Assembly: GCA_964550395.1 (NCBI GenBank)
Contig: CAZJYW010000001.1
Location: 1-45,659, forward strand
Direction of reading: 5' to 3'
DNA: 45,659 bases
Origin: an uncultured Candidatus Saccharibacteria bacterium
GTDB lineage: Bacteria > Patescibacteriota > Minisyncoccia > Minisyncoccales > CAZJYW01
Shown here: in pieces, positions 25,409 to 32,855 of the stretch
Layout of the letters: each line of letters opens with the position of its first letter
Position numbering within the stretch: the stretch's first letter is position 1
Notes under the pieces: model-generated
The model's database searches: none
Told to the model about the DNA's origin: nothing
Seen by the model: the letters and a program-made list of their open reading frames with translations, nothing else
Translations under genes and position numbers: made by a program

Positions 25409-25430
25409 TCCCAATCTATAATTTTAAAAT

Positions 25431-25955
25431 TTAACTTTCTAAAACCTCAATAAAAGTTCTTTTTGCTCCAAAATTTTTGGCTTCTCCATAAGAAGCAAAC
25501 CAAATATCAACATGATAATATCCTTTTTTCCAGTGCATTCGGTCCTCGACTACAAAAATTTTATCTCCATAAAGCTCTGGAATCCTAATTTTTGTTCCGA
25601 AGGGAAGAAGATTATTTGCTATAATTCCCTCTTTGACCCAGGTCCCAGCAGCCGTGATATAAGGATTATCATCTGTCTGCGCGGGCGTACTGGAATAGGC
25701 TGTGACCACCACTCTTATTTTTCGAGCCACCTGGGGCTCCGGATTAATAGGGTTAGATATTGGTAAAAGGCTGTTTTCTCCAATCATAGCTAACCTTTCT
25801 GGAGGCTGCTCTTCTACCACCAAAATCCCAGCCCAACTCTCAGTTTCTGGGGATTTTGCTTCAAAAATTGGCAATAGCCCAATTAAAATTCCAACAATTA
25901 TTATGACGGTTAAGCAATTTTTGCCCCAAGCGGGGCCTTTTAAGTTTATATCCAT
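25431..25955 (-). CDS. 3D-domain protein (MltA/RlpA-like fold, putative cell-wall hydrolase), membrane anchored
   Basis: TAYSSTPAQTDDNPYITAAGT...GIIANN.LPFGTKIRIPELYGDKIFVVEDRM...HVDIWF matches the 3D domain. The start is set at the ATG at 25955 (MDINLK) because the longer ORF to 26000 runs through a hairpin repeat. Confidence 0.75.
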   Translation of the reverse strand: MDINLKGPAWGKNCLTVIIIVGILIGLLPIFEAKSPETESWAGILVVEEQPPERLAMIGENSLLPISNPINPEPQVARKIRVVVTAYSSTPAQTDDNPYITAAGTWVKEGIIANNLLPFGTKIRIPELYGDKIFVVEDRMHWKKGYYHVDIWFASYGEAKNFGAKRTFIEVLES

Positions 25956-25961
25956 TTTAAA

Positions 25962-25993
25962 ATCGAGCACATAACGCTTTATGTGCTCCGATT
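25962..25993. repeat. CGAGCACAT palindromic hairpin, copy 1
   Basis: TCGAGCACAT-AACGCTTT-ATGTGCTCCGA, related to 37004-37050 and 37162-37193. Confidence 0.7.
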
Positions 25994-26038
25994 TTACCAT
26001 ATTAGCTTATCCACGGGGAGATGTCAAGCCTAAAAATG

Positions 26039-26110
26039 AGCGGGAGACGGGATTTGAACCCGTGACTTTTTCGTTGGCAACGAAACGTTCTACCACTGAA
26101 CTACTCCCGC
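26039..26110 (-). tRNA. tRNA-Gly (anticodon GCC)
   Basis: Acceptor GCGGGAG/CTCCCGC. Anticodon arm TTTCG-TTGCCAA-CGAAA. Canonical D-loop and T-loop. Confidence 0.85.
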
Positions 26111-26121
26111 ATGTGCCATTT

Positions 26122-26197
26122 TGGTGCCGCGGGCCGGGATCGAACCGGCGCCCCTGCGATTTTCAGTCGCATGCTCTACCACTGAGCTACCGCGGCC
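26122..26197 (-). tRNA. tRNA-Phe (anticodon GAA), CCA encoded
   Basis: Acceptor GGCCGCG/CGCGGCA. Anticodon arm TGCGA-CTGAAAA-TCGCA. Confidence 0.88.
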
Positions 26198-26239
26198 TAA
26201 ATTCAAAGTATCAAAATTTTAAACTTCTTTCAATTAGAG

Positions 26240-26312
26240 TGGGCACTAGAGGATTTGAACCTCTGACCTTTCGGATGTAAACCGAACGCGCTAGCCACTG
26301 CGCCAAGTGCCC
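26240..26312 (-). tRNA. tRNA-Val (anticodon UAC)
   Basis: Acceptor GGGCACT/AGTGCCC. Anticodon arm TTCGG-TTTACAT-CCGAA. Confidence 0.85.
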
Positions 26313-26317
26313 AGTTG

Positions 26318-26401
26318 TGCGCGGGAGAGGACTCGAACCTCCACGTCCATAGGGACACTAGCACCTCAAGCTAGCCTGGCTACCGATTACAGCACCCGCG
26401 C
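26318..26401 (-). tRNA. tRNA-Leu (anticodon GAG)
   Basis: Acceptor GCGCGGG/CCCGCGC. Anticodon arm CTAGC-TTGAGGT-GCTAG. Long variable arm. Confidence 0.85.
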
Positions 26402-26815
26402 TCATTTTACCACTTCGGCAAATTCTTTTTTCTTTACCTTTGCTTTTTTACCAACCCTTTTTCTTAGATAGTAAAGTTTTGCCCTCCTGACCCTTCCCCT
26501 TTTTAAAATTTCTATTTTTTCGATAGTTGGTAAGTGAACAGGGAAAATTCTTTCCACTCCGATTCCCGAAACCACTTTCCTCACCGTAATAGTTGAAGTA
26601 ATTCCTTGGCCATGTTTTCTGCATAAAACCTGCCCTTCAAAAACTTGAACTCTCTCTTTATCCCCCGAGGAGCCCGCGCCTTTGGCGCGGGAGGATGTGG
26701 TGAGGGGGGAGTAGTCTTTAATTTTTTGATAAACTTTAATAACGTCCCCCGGGCGAATGTCTGGCAAATCTTTTTTTAATTGGGTTTGATTAAAGATGTT
26801 TAGTTTGGTAGACAT
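26402..26815 (-). CDS. rplS: 50S ribosomal protein L19 with an in-frame insertion of about 16 aa
   Basis: L19 signatures [21 protein letters not shown]-like TVRKV, GVERIFP and RRAKLYYLR. The extra [16 protein letters not shown] lies between the first beta strands. Confidence 0.9.
   Translation of the reverse strand: MSTKLNIFNQTQLKKDLPDIRPGDVIKVYQKIKDYSPLTTSSRAKGAGSSGDKERVQVFEGQVLCRKHGQGITSTITVRKVVSGIGVERIFPVHLPTIEKIEILKRGRVRRAKLYYLRKRVGKKAKVKKKEFAEVVK
26663..26714. repeat. GC-rich palindromic insertion inside rplS
   Basis: Perfect 8-bp stem CCCGCGCC-TTT-GGCGCGGG (26673-26691) inside a 52-nt GC-rich block. It shares AGCCCGCGC...GCGCGGG with the terminator at 25379-25401. Confidence 0.75.
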
Positions 26816-27492
26816 AGTTTTAAATCACTGGGCAGTCCCGACTTAAATTCTTTTATTCTCCCATCGGGTAATTCTGTCCTAAGATAGTTGGCGTGTAAAA
26901 ATTGTCTCTTTAAACCTTCGGGCGATGGTTGATTTTTAAATCCATACATTTTATCTCCAACAATCGGGTGCGAAAGATAAGCAAAATGAGTTCTGATTTG
27001 ATGCTTTCGACCAGTTTTGGGTTCAACCTCAATTAAAGTATAATTTTCAAACCTTTGCAATGCTTTATACTTAGTAATCGCCTTTCTTTTTTCTTGAGAG
27101 TTAGGTTCTCCGGGGAGATAAATCTTTTGTTTTCTTCTATCCCCTGGTGAGCGGCCAATCAAGGTTTCAATTAATCCTTCTTTACTTTTAAGATGACCAA
27201 CTATCAAAGCAATATATTTTTTCTCTACTTTACCTTCTCTAAACTGCTTTTGTAAAAATTCCAAAGCTTTGTCGTTTCTGGCTATTAAAAGAATTCCGGA
27301 AGTGTCTTTATCTAAGCGGTGAACCATTCCATATCGGGGGGATTTTCCAACATTTTTTAAATAAGGAAATTTTTCTAACAAATAATCAATTAAAGTTTTT
27401 TCAGTTATTTTTCCTTCCGGGAAAACTACAATTCCAGCTGGCTTATCAATTACTAAAACATTCTCATCCTCGTAGATTATCTTTAGTTCCAT
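26800..27492 (-). CDS. RluA-family pseudouridine synthase
   Basis: Catalytic motif [23 protein letters not shown]-like KKYIALIVG and GRKHQIR. It overlaps rplS by 16 nt. Confidence 0.88.
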   Translation of the reverse strand: MELKIIYEDENVLVIDKPAGIVVFPEGKITEKTLIDYLLEKFPYLKNVGKSPRYGMVHRLDKDTSGILLIARNDKALEFLQKQFREGKVEKKYIALIVGHLKSKEGLIETLIGRSPGDRRKQKIYLPGEPNSQEKRKAITKYKALQRFENYTLIEVEPKTGRKHQIRTHFAYLSHPIVGDKMYGFKNQPSPEGLKRQFLHANYLRTELPDGRIKEFKSGLPSDLKLCLPN

Positions 27493-27493
27493 A

Positions 27494-27566
27494 TGGGCGG
27501 TAGAGGGCTCGAACCTCTGACCTCGTACACGTCAAGTACGCGCTCTTCCAGCTGAGCTAACCGCCC
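27494..27566 (-). tRNA. tRNA-Val (anticodon GAC)
   Basis: Acceptor GGGCGGT/ACCGCCC. Anticodon arm CGTAC-TTGACGT-GTACG. Confidence 0.85.
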
Positions 27567-27567
27567 T

Positions 27568-27643
27568 TGGTGGGCACGGTTGGATTCGAACCAACGAACC
27601 TTGGCCTTATAAGGACCCTGCTCTACCGCTGAGCTACGTGCCC
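27568..27643 (-). tRNA. tRNA with apparent anticodon UAU (Ile, AUA-reading), CCA encoded
   Basis: Acceptor GGGCACG/CGTGCCC. Anticodon arm GGGTC-CTTATAA-GGCCA, with one terminal mismatch. T-arm GTTGG-TTCGAAT-CCAAC. The variable region appears to be 6 nt. Confidence 0.65.
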
Positions 27644-27656
27644 CTCCACGGATGAA

Positions 27657-29588
27657 CTACACGCGCCTAATCTTTACCTTTATCGATTTCCCCTTTTTAA
27701 TCAAGAGTTTTTTGGGTTTAATTTCTGTTCCTCGCCCTGTCAATTTTTCAAATTCCCCTCTTTCAATCGTTTCTTTGGCGATTAAAATTTTAGCAACTTT
27801 TTCCAATAATTTTTTCTTTTTTAGTAAAATTTTTCTGGCTTGACCTTCAGCATTTTTAATGAATTTGGAAACTTCTTTATCAATTTGGGCGGCCACTTTT
27901 TCAGAGTAATTTCTTTGTTCAGAAATTTCCTTTCCCAGGAATACCAATTCCTCTTTTTCTCCAAAGGAAACTGGGCCCAAAGAGGACATTCCATATTCTT
28001 TAACTAATTTTCTAGCCAACTCAGATGCCCTTTCCAAATCATTAGCTGCACCAGTAGTAATCTCGCCGAATTTTAATTTTTCGGCACAATAGCCTCCTAA
28101 CAAAGTAGCCATTTCAGCCAAAAATTCTGACTTGGTTTTAATTTTTCTTTCTTCTTTCGGCATTTTTAAAGTATAACCAGCCGCTGGACCCCGAGCTATG
28201 ATTGAGATTTTTCTAACTGGCTCGGCTTCCGAGAGCGAAGAAGAAACCAAAGCATGACCAGCTTCGTGATAGGCAGCAATTTCTTTTTCTTTTTTTGATA
28301 AAATATGGCTTTTTCTTTCCGGACCCAACAAAACCTTTTCAATTGATTCTAAAAGTTCTTCTTGAAAAACTTGATGTTTATTTCTTCTGGCTGCAAAAAT
28401 TGCTGCTTCATTAACTAAATTAGCCAAATCGGCTCCCGAGAATCCCGGAGTTCTCTCGGCAATTTCTCTTAAATTAACATTTAAGGCCAGAGGCTTTCCT
28501 CGACAATGAATTCTCAAAATTTCTTCTCTATCATTAATATCTGGCAAATCTAAAACTACTTTTCGATCAAATCTGCCAGGCCTTAATAAAGCCGGATCCA
28601 ATATGTCTCCTCTGTTGGTGGCACTCATAACTATAACCTTAGTTTCTCTTTCAAAACCATCCATTTCTACTAAAATTTGATTTAAAGTTTGTTCTCTCTC
28701 GTCGTGTCCACCCCCTAATCCTGCTCCTCTGTGCCGACCGACAGCATCGAGTTCGTCAATAAATAAAATTGCCGGAGCTGCTTTTTTAGCAGTGGAGAAC
28801 AGGTCTCGAACTCTTCCTGCGCCAACTCCAACGAACATCTCTACGAATTCTGAACCAGAAATTGAGAAGAAGGGAACATTGGCTTCCCCCGCTACTGCTC
28901 TTGCTAATAAAGTTTTTCCTACCCCAGCTGGTCCTAAAAGTAATACTCCCCTGGGGATTCTGGCCCCAATTTGTAAATATTTTTTCGGATTTTTTAGAAA
29001 ATCTACAATTTCTTTTAATTCTTCTTTGGCCTCTTTTAGGCCAGCCACATCTTCAAAAGTAATTTTTTCTTTTGAATGACCCTCAGCTCCAAATAATCTG
29101 GCCCTGGCTTTAGAGAAATCAAAAGCCTGCATTGCCCCGGTTTTAGCCTGGCGGAAAATCATCCAGAAAAAGAGGCCGAAAACCAAAAGGGGAAGCGCCA
29201 GTATTAAAACCGGTCCTAACCAAGCCCAGGTTCCCCCTTCCTTTTTTGTTTCAATTTCAACCCCTTTTAATTTCTCAAGGTCTACTCCGTAATTTATTAA
29301 AGACTGAGAAAGAGCCACTTCGGTCTCTTTTCTGGAGCGGGCTTTGGAATCGTCCAGGTATAAAATTGAAAGTTCTGAACCAGAAACTGTTATTTTTTTA
29401 ATTTTCTCCTGATTAATTTCTTTGATTAATTGAGTAATTGATAACTCCTTTTCTTTTTCAAACGGTTGCTGGAATAAGGCAAAAACACCTGAAATTATCA
29501 GGAAAATCAGCAAAATAAAGATAAAATTTTTCGCCAAGCTTTTCATCAGATACTCTTTCAACATAACAGAAATTTTACTGGAAATCAA
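27657..29588 (-). CDS. ftsH: ATP-dependent zinc metalloprotease FtsH
   Basis: Two TM helices, AAA+ Walker A GPAGVGKT, Walker [12 protein letters not shown] region and zinc motif HEAGHA. The start is probably the internal ATG at 29546 (MKSLAKNF). Confidence 0.93.
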   Translation of the reverse strand: MISSKISVMLKEYLMKSLAKNFIFILLIFLIISGVFALFQQPFEKEKELSITQLIKEINQEKIKKITVSGSELSILYLDDSKARSRKETEVALSQSLINYGVDLEKLKGVEIETKKEGGTWAWLGPVLILALPLLVFGLFFWMIFRQAKTGAMQAFDFSKARARLFGAEGHSKEKITFEDVAGLKEAKEELKEIVDFLKNPKKYLQIGARIPRGVLLLGPAGVGKTLLARAVAGEANVPFFSISGSEFVEMFVGVGAGRVRDLFSTAKKAAPAILFIDELDAVGRHRGAGLGGGHDEREQTLNQILVEMDGFERETKVIVMSATNRGDILDPALLRPGRFDRKVVLDLPDINDREEILRIHCRGKPLALNVNLREIAERTPGFSGADLANLVNEAAIFAARRNKHQVFQEELLESIEKVLLGPERKSHILSKKEKEIAAYHEAGHALVSSSLSEAEPVRKISIIARGPAAGYTLKMPKEERKIKTKSEFLAEMATLLGGYCAEKLKFGEITTGAANDLERASELARKLVKEYGMSSLGPVSFGEKEELVFLGKEISEQRNYSEKVAAQIDKEVSKFIKNAEGQARKILLKKKKLLEKVAKILIAKETIERGEFEKLTGRGTEIKPKKLLIKKGKSIKVKIRRV

Positions 29589-29625
29589 GAAAAAAGAGGC
29601 CCTACAACTTGTTTGTTGCAGGGCC
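29586..29625 (-). terminator. Rho-independent terminator downstream of the 29632-30633 gene
   Basis: GGCCCTGCAA-loop-TTGTAGGGCC on the minus strand, followed by TCTTTTTTC. Confidence 0.7.
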
Positions 29626-29631
29626 GACCGT

Positions 29632-30633
29632 TCACTTCTGTTTTTCCCATTGGGATACGATTCCTATAGGAATAGCAGAAAGAGTCCGGTGGACTAGTCC
29701 AACGATTTGACGAGGAACTAATCTTGTGTACTCCTCCTTCGTTGGTTTCCAAGAGCGGCTGCCATTTAGTATAAGTCGTTTACTGTCGTGTAAAAACCAT
29801 GGAGAACCAAGGCGACCTACGCTGCGGAGGTGGAGATTATTAGGAGTTGTTTCTTTCCTTGCTTTGCTTTCTTGGGAACGGAGAGCAGCCACTACTCCAT
29901 CTAGAAATAAGGGGTAGTTTCTACTAGTTTGAACTCCAGTATAGAAATGATTTGAACCTTTGGATTGGGTCCAAACCACCACATGGGCTCCAGCTTTAAA
30001 AGCTGCCTCCCGGCATTCGGGGTTCCAGAGTATGGAACATACGCGGATGCCATTGGGAAAAGTGGTCCACTCCGCACATTCCTGGAGTTTCTCCCTGGCT
30101 TTAACTCGAGCTGTTTCTTGTTCATAAACTATATCAAACAACTCGAACACTCTCTCTTGGACTAATTGCCAATTGATGCTTCCATTGTGATTTTGGAATT
30201 TTTTTTGCCGTGGATAACCTTCAATAGTATAGTGGATGCTATCGGCTTGCAACGGTTTTATATTATCCACTGCCTTCACCATTTCCAACAGAGGTTTAAG
30301 ACCAGGATTTTCTGTCAAGAGCCCAAGTTTTTCTACCAACAGCGTAGCAGAGGGAGTTTTCCATCGTCCTGTGTTATGCTGGTCGTATTCTCCTCCACCA
30401 GTATCAAAGTGGAGAATAGAAGGATTTCCTTCTGAACCAGGTAGAGATTCGCCAGCGTTGACGAAAACGATTTGAGCATTTACTGCTTTAAGAATAAACT
30501 TTTTTGCTGTCCAGCAGCAAAGCCAAACGTCATCGTCCGGAAATCTGTGCCCAACAAGAGTTTCAATTTCCGGAGCTGCCTTTTCTAAGGCAAGTCTTAC
30601 AATTAGGTCAACCAGTTTTTCTGTTTGTGACAT
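29632..30633 (-). CDS. Hypothetical protein, distant MYG1/UPF0160-like (DHH-superfamily) resemblance; compositionally atypical
   Basis: 333 aa. The segments [33 protein letters not shown] and [13 protein letters not shown] appear in the same order as the MYG1 motifs (H..FH.DE, VDVGGEYD..DHH, VDAVDNG, FVHASGFIGG). This is a weak, by-eye resemblance. Confidence 0.6.
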   Translation of the reverse strand: MSQTEKLVDLIVRLALEKAAPEIETLVGHRFPDDDVWLCCWTAKKFILKAVNAQIVFVNAGESLPGSEGNPSILHFDTGGGEYDQHNTGRWKTPSATLLVEKLGLLTENPGLKPLLEMVKAVDNIKPLQADSIHYTIEGYPRQKKFQNHNGSINWQLVQERVFELFDIVYEQETARVKAREKLQECAEWTTFPNGIRVCSILWNPECREAAFKAGAHVVVWTQSKGSNHFYTGVQTSRNYPLFLDGVVAALRSQESKARKETTPNNLHLRSVGRLGSPWFLHDSKRLILNGSRSWKPTKEEYTRLVPRQIVGLVHRTLSAIPIGIVSQWEKQK

Positions 30634-30719
30634 TCGTCACCTCCTATAAAATTTTCATTCAGAGACTTCAATGTCTCTGTGCTGCTTTATTTATAGCATT
30701 TTATTTTTGATTTGTCAAG

Positions 30720-30747
30720 AGAAGAAAAACGGCTTTATTTGCCGTTT
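30720..30747 (-). terminator. Terminator after the S1-like gene
   Basis: AAACGGC-AAATAAA-GCCGTTT on the minus strand, followed by a T-rich tract. Confidence 0.55.
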
Positions 30748-30794
30748 CGTTTTTAATATTAGAGTATCCGATCGGTCATTATTTTATTAAATTA

Positions 30795-31850
30795 TTATTG
30801 CTCTACTAATTTTAGAGTCATTCGATGTTCCTCCGGGTCAATTGATAGAATCTGAAAATCATATTTTTTATCAATTTTTAATCGCTCCATCATTCTGGTC
30901 TTTGTGCCAAATTCAGAAATATGACAAAGTCCCTGAATTTTTGGAGTGATTTGGACAAAGGCTCCAAAGGGATTAAATTTGGTTACTTTCCCCGAGATTA
31001 TATCTCCCTTTTTATATTTCTTTTCAATGCCTTGCCAGGGATCTTTTTTTAGGGCCTTTGAAGACAAAGAAACTTTATCGTCGGAAATGTCAATAATTTT
31101 TGCTCGAAGTTTTTCTCCTACTTTGACAATTTCGCCAGGGTCGGTAACGATGGCCCAATCAAGTTCAGAAATATGGATTAGTCCTTCCAGCCCCTCACCA
31201 AATTTTATAAATGCTCCAAAATCAGTGATACCACTAATCTCTCCTTCGACCACTTCTCCTACCTTATATTTTTTTAAAACCTCTTTTATTTTTTCGGCTT
31301 CCTTTACTTTTTCAGATAAAATCAATTTTTTCTCTCGAGGAGAAAGGTCAAAGATTTTTACTTCTAATGTTTTACCAACAAACTTTTGGAGCTCTATTAA
31401 GATTTTAGATGAGTCTCCTCCTTCTACTCTGGGATAATGGCAGCTTTCTAATTGAGAAACTGGCAAAAAAGCCGGGATGGTAGAGATTTCGGTTAATAAT
31501 CCTCCTCGATTAGCTCCGGAAATTTTAACCGCTATAATTTCTCCTTTTTCTTTTTTTTGTTTTAATCCTTCCCAAATTAACTCATTAGAAGCCTGGCTTA
31601 CCGATAATTCAATATAACCTGTCTCATTTTCCAAATCGACTATTTTAGCAAAAATACTATCTCCAATTTTTAGATTTTTTAACTCCCCTTTAGCTTCCTG
31701 GAATTCTCTTCCGTAGATTATCCCTGTTCCTACATTCCCCAGGTCTAAAAACATTGCCTGGCGTTCTTTCCCAATAACTTTTCCTTCAATAATTTCTCCA
31801 ACTTTTGGCGGTTTTACTAAATTATTTTTTTCAGACATTTTTTTCATCAT
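30795..31850 (-). CDS. rpsA: 30S ribosomal protein S1-like protein (four S1 domains)
   Basis: Four repeats of the S1 OB-fold pattern (G.(I/V).(E/S)G.V....(F/M)GAF(V/I)....EGL.HISE). Confidence 0.8.
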   Translation of the reverse strand: MMKKMSEKNNLVKPPKVGEIIEGKVIGKERQAMFLDLGNVGTGIIYGREFQEAKGELKNLKIGDSIFAKIVDLENETGYIELSVSQASNELIWEGLKQKKEKGEIIAVKISGANRGGLLTEISTIPAFLPVSQLESCHYPRVEGGDSSKILIELQKFVGKTLEVKIFDLSPREKKLILSEKVKEAEKIKEVLKKYKVGEVVEGEISGITDFGAFIKFGEGLEGLIHISELDWAIVTDPGEIVKVGEKLRAKIIDISDDKVSLSSKALKKDPWQGIEKKYKKGDIISGKVTKFNPFGAFVQITPKIQGLCHISEFGTKTRMMERLKIDKKYDFQILSIDPEEHRMTLKLVEQ

Positions 31851-31922
31851 CGGGTATTATATCACAAAATCCTTAGGAAAACAAGGTTGAACGGAAAAAA
31901 AGTTTGTGATAAAATTAATTAT

Positions 31923-32615
31923 ATGACTATCTTTTGGCATGGGCAATCCTGCTTTCAAATCTTTGCCCGTCGAGAAAAAAACAATCAAGTTTCAATCGTC
32001 ATTGACCCATTTGATGAAACTCTCGGATTGAGAGTTCCTTCACTGTCAGCTGATATTTTATTAGTTTCCCACGATCGCCACGATCATAACAATCTAAAGG
32101 CAGTTTCTGGATTAACAAGTGCTTCCTCGCCCTTTTTGATTTCCGGCCCCGGGGAATACGAAGTAAAAGAAGTTTATATTCGAGGAATTAGTTCCTGGCA
32201 CGACGAAAAAGAGGGGAGTCAAAAAGATGAGCCTCTCGGCGAAAACACTATTTATACTATTGAAGCTGAGGATTTGAAATTATGTCATTTAGGAGATTTA
32301 GGCCAGAAAGAATTAACCGCTGACCAACTGGAAAAAATTGGTGAGGTTGATATTCTAATGATTCCGGTGGGAGGAGTTTATACTATTTCTTCAAAAGAAG
32401 CTCCGAAGATAATGGCTCAAATTGAACCTAAAATTATCATTCCGATGCATTATCAAGTACCAAAATTGAATCCGCCAGCTGGCGGAAAACTAGATGGGTT
32501 GGATAAATTTTTAAAGACAATGGGGATAAAATCAATTGAATCTTTGAATAAACTGTCAATCAAGAAGAAAGACCTTTCAGAAGAAGAAATAAAAATAATT
32601 GTCTTAAAGCCTTGA
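31923..32615 (+). CDS. MBL-fold metal-dependent hydrolase (UPF0173-like)
   Basis: MTIFWHGQSCFQI..., histidine motif VSHDRHDHNN, and later HLGDLG and IPMHY. The track ORF starts at a TTG at 31887, but the ATG at 31923 is preferred. Confidence 0.8.
   Translation: MTIFWHGQSCFQIFARREKNNQVSIVIDPFDETLGLRVPSLSADILLVSHDRHDHNNLKAVSGLTSASSPFLISGPGEYEVKEVYIRGISSWHDEKEGSQKDEPLGENTIYTIEAEDLKLCHLGDLGQKELTADQLEKIGEVDILMIPVGGVYTISSKEAPKIMAQIEPKIIIPMHYQVPKLNPPAGGKLDGLDKFLKTMGIKSIESLNKLSIKKKDLSEEEIKIIVLKP
32471..32486. repeat. 16-bp perfect palindrome inside the MBL-fold gene
   Basis: TCCGCCAGCTGGCGGA, encoding NPPAGGK. It is GC-rich against AT-rich flanks. Confidence 0.7.
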
Positions 32616-32851
32616 ATTTTTTAAATAAAATTCAAAATTTACCAGAAGGAAAAAGAAAAACCATTTTTTGGTTAATAATAATCATGGTTGGGATTTTCTT
32701 ATTAATCTGGTGGGCTAAAAATTTAGAAATGAGAATAAAAAGTTTCAAATCAGAAAAAATTAAAGAAGAGCTCCAATTACCAAGACTGGAAGAAGAATTA
32801 AAAGGTCTGCCAAAGTTTGAAGTGCCGGAAGCTTCAGAGGAAGAGCTTTAA
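32612..32851 (+). CDS. Small membrane protein (79 aa, one TM helix)
   Basis: The ORF overlaps the upstream stop by 4 nt and has one hydrophobic helix ([17 protein letters not shown]). No family recognised. Confidence 0.5.
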   Translation: MNFLNKIQNLPEGKRKTIFWLIIIMVGIFLLIWWAKNLEMRIKSFKSEKIKEELQLPRLEEELKGLPKFEVPEASEEEL

Positions 32852-32855
32852 AAAT

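Noticed and set aside
25202-26280. ORFs 25202-25453 and 25981-26280 (plus strand), and 25512-25974 (plus-strand ORFs inside the 3D-domain gene).
   Set aside because: The first two are translations across the GC-rich tRNA genes (Cys/Leu and Gly/Phe/Val). The others are antisense to the 3D-domain CDS.
29726-30710. A cluster of six overlapping 63-89-aa ORFs on both strands.
   Set aside because: All are nested in or antisense to the 333-aa ORF. They are taken as a symptom of its atypical composition rather than as genes.
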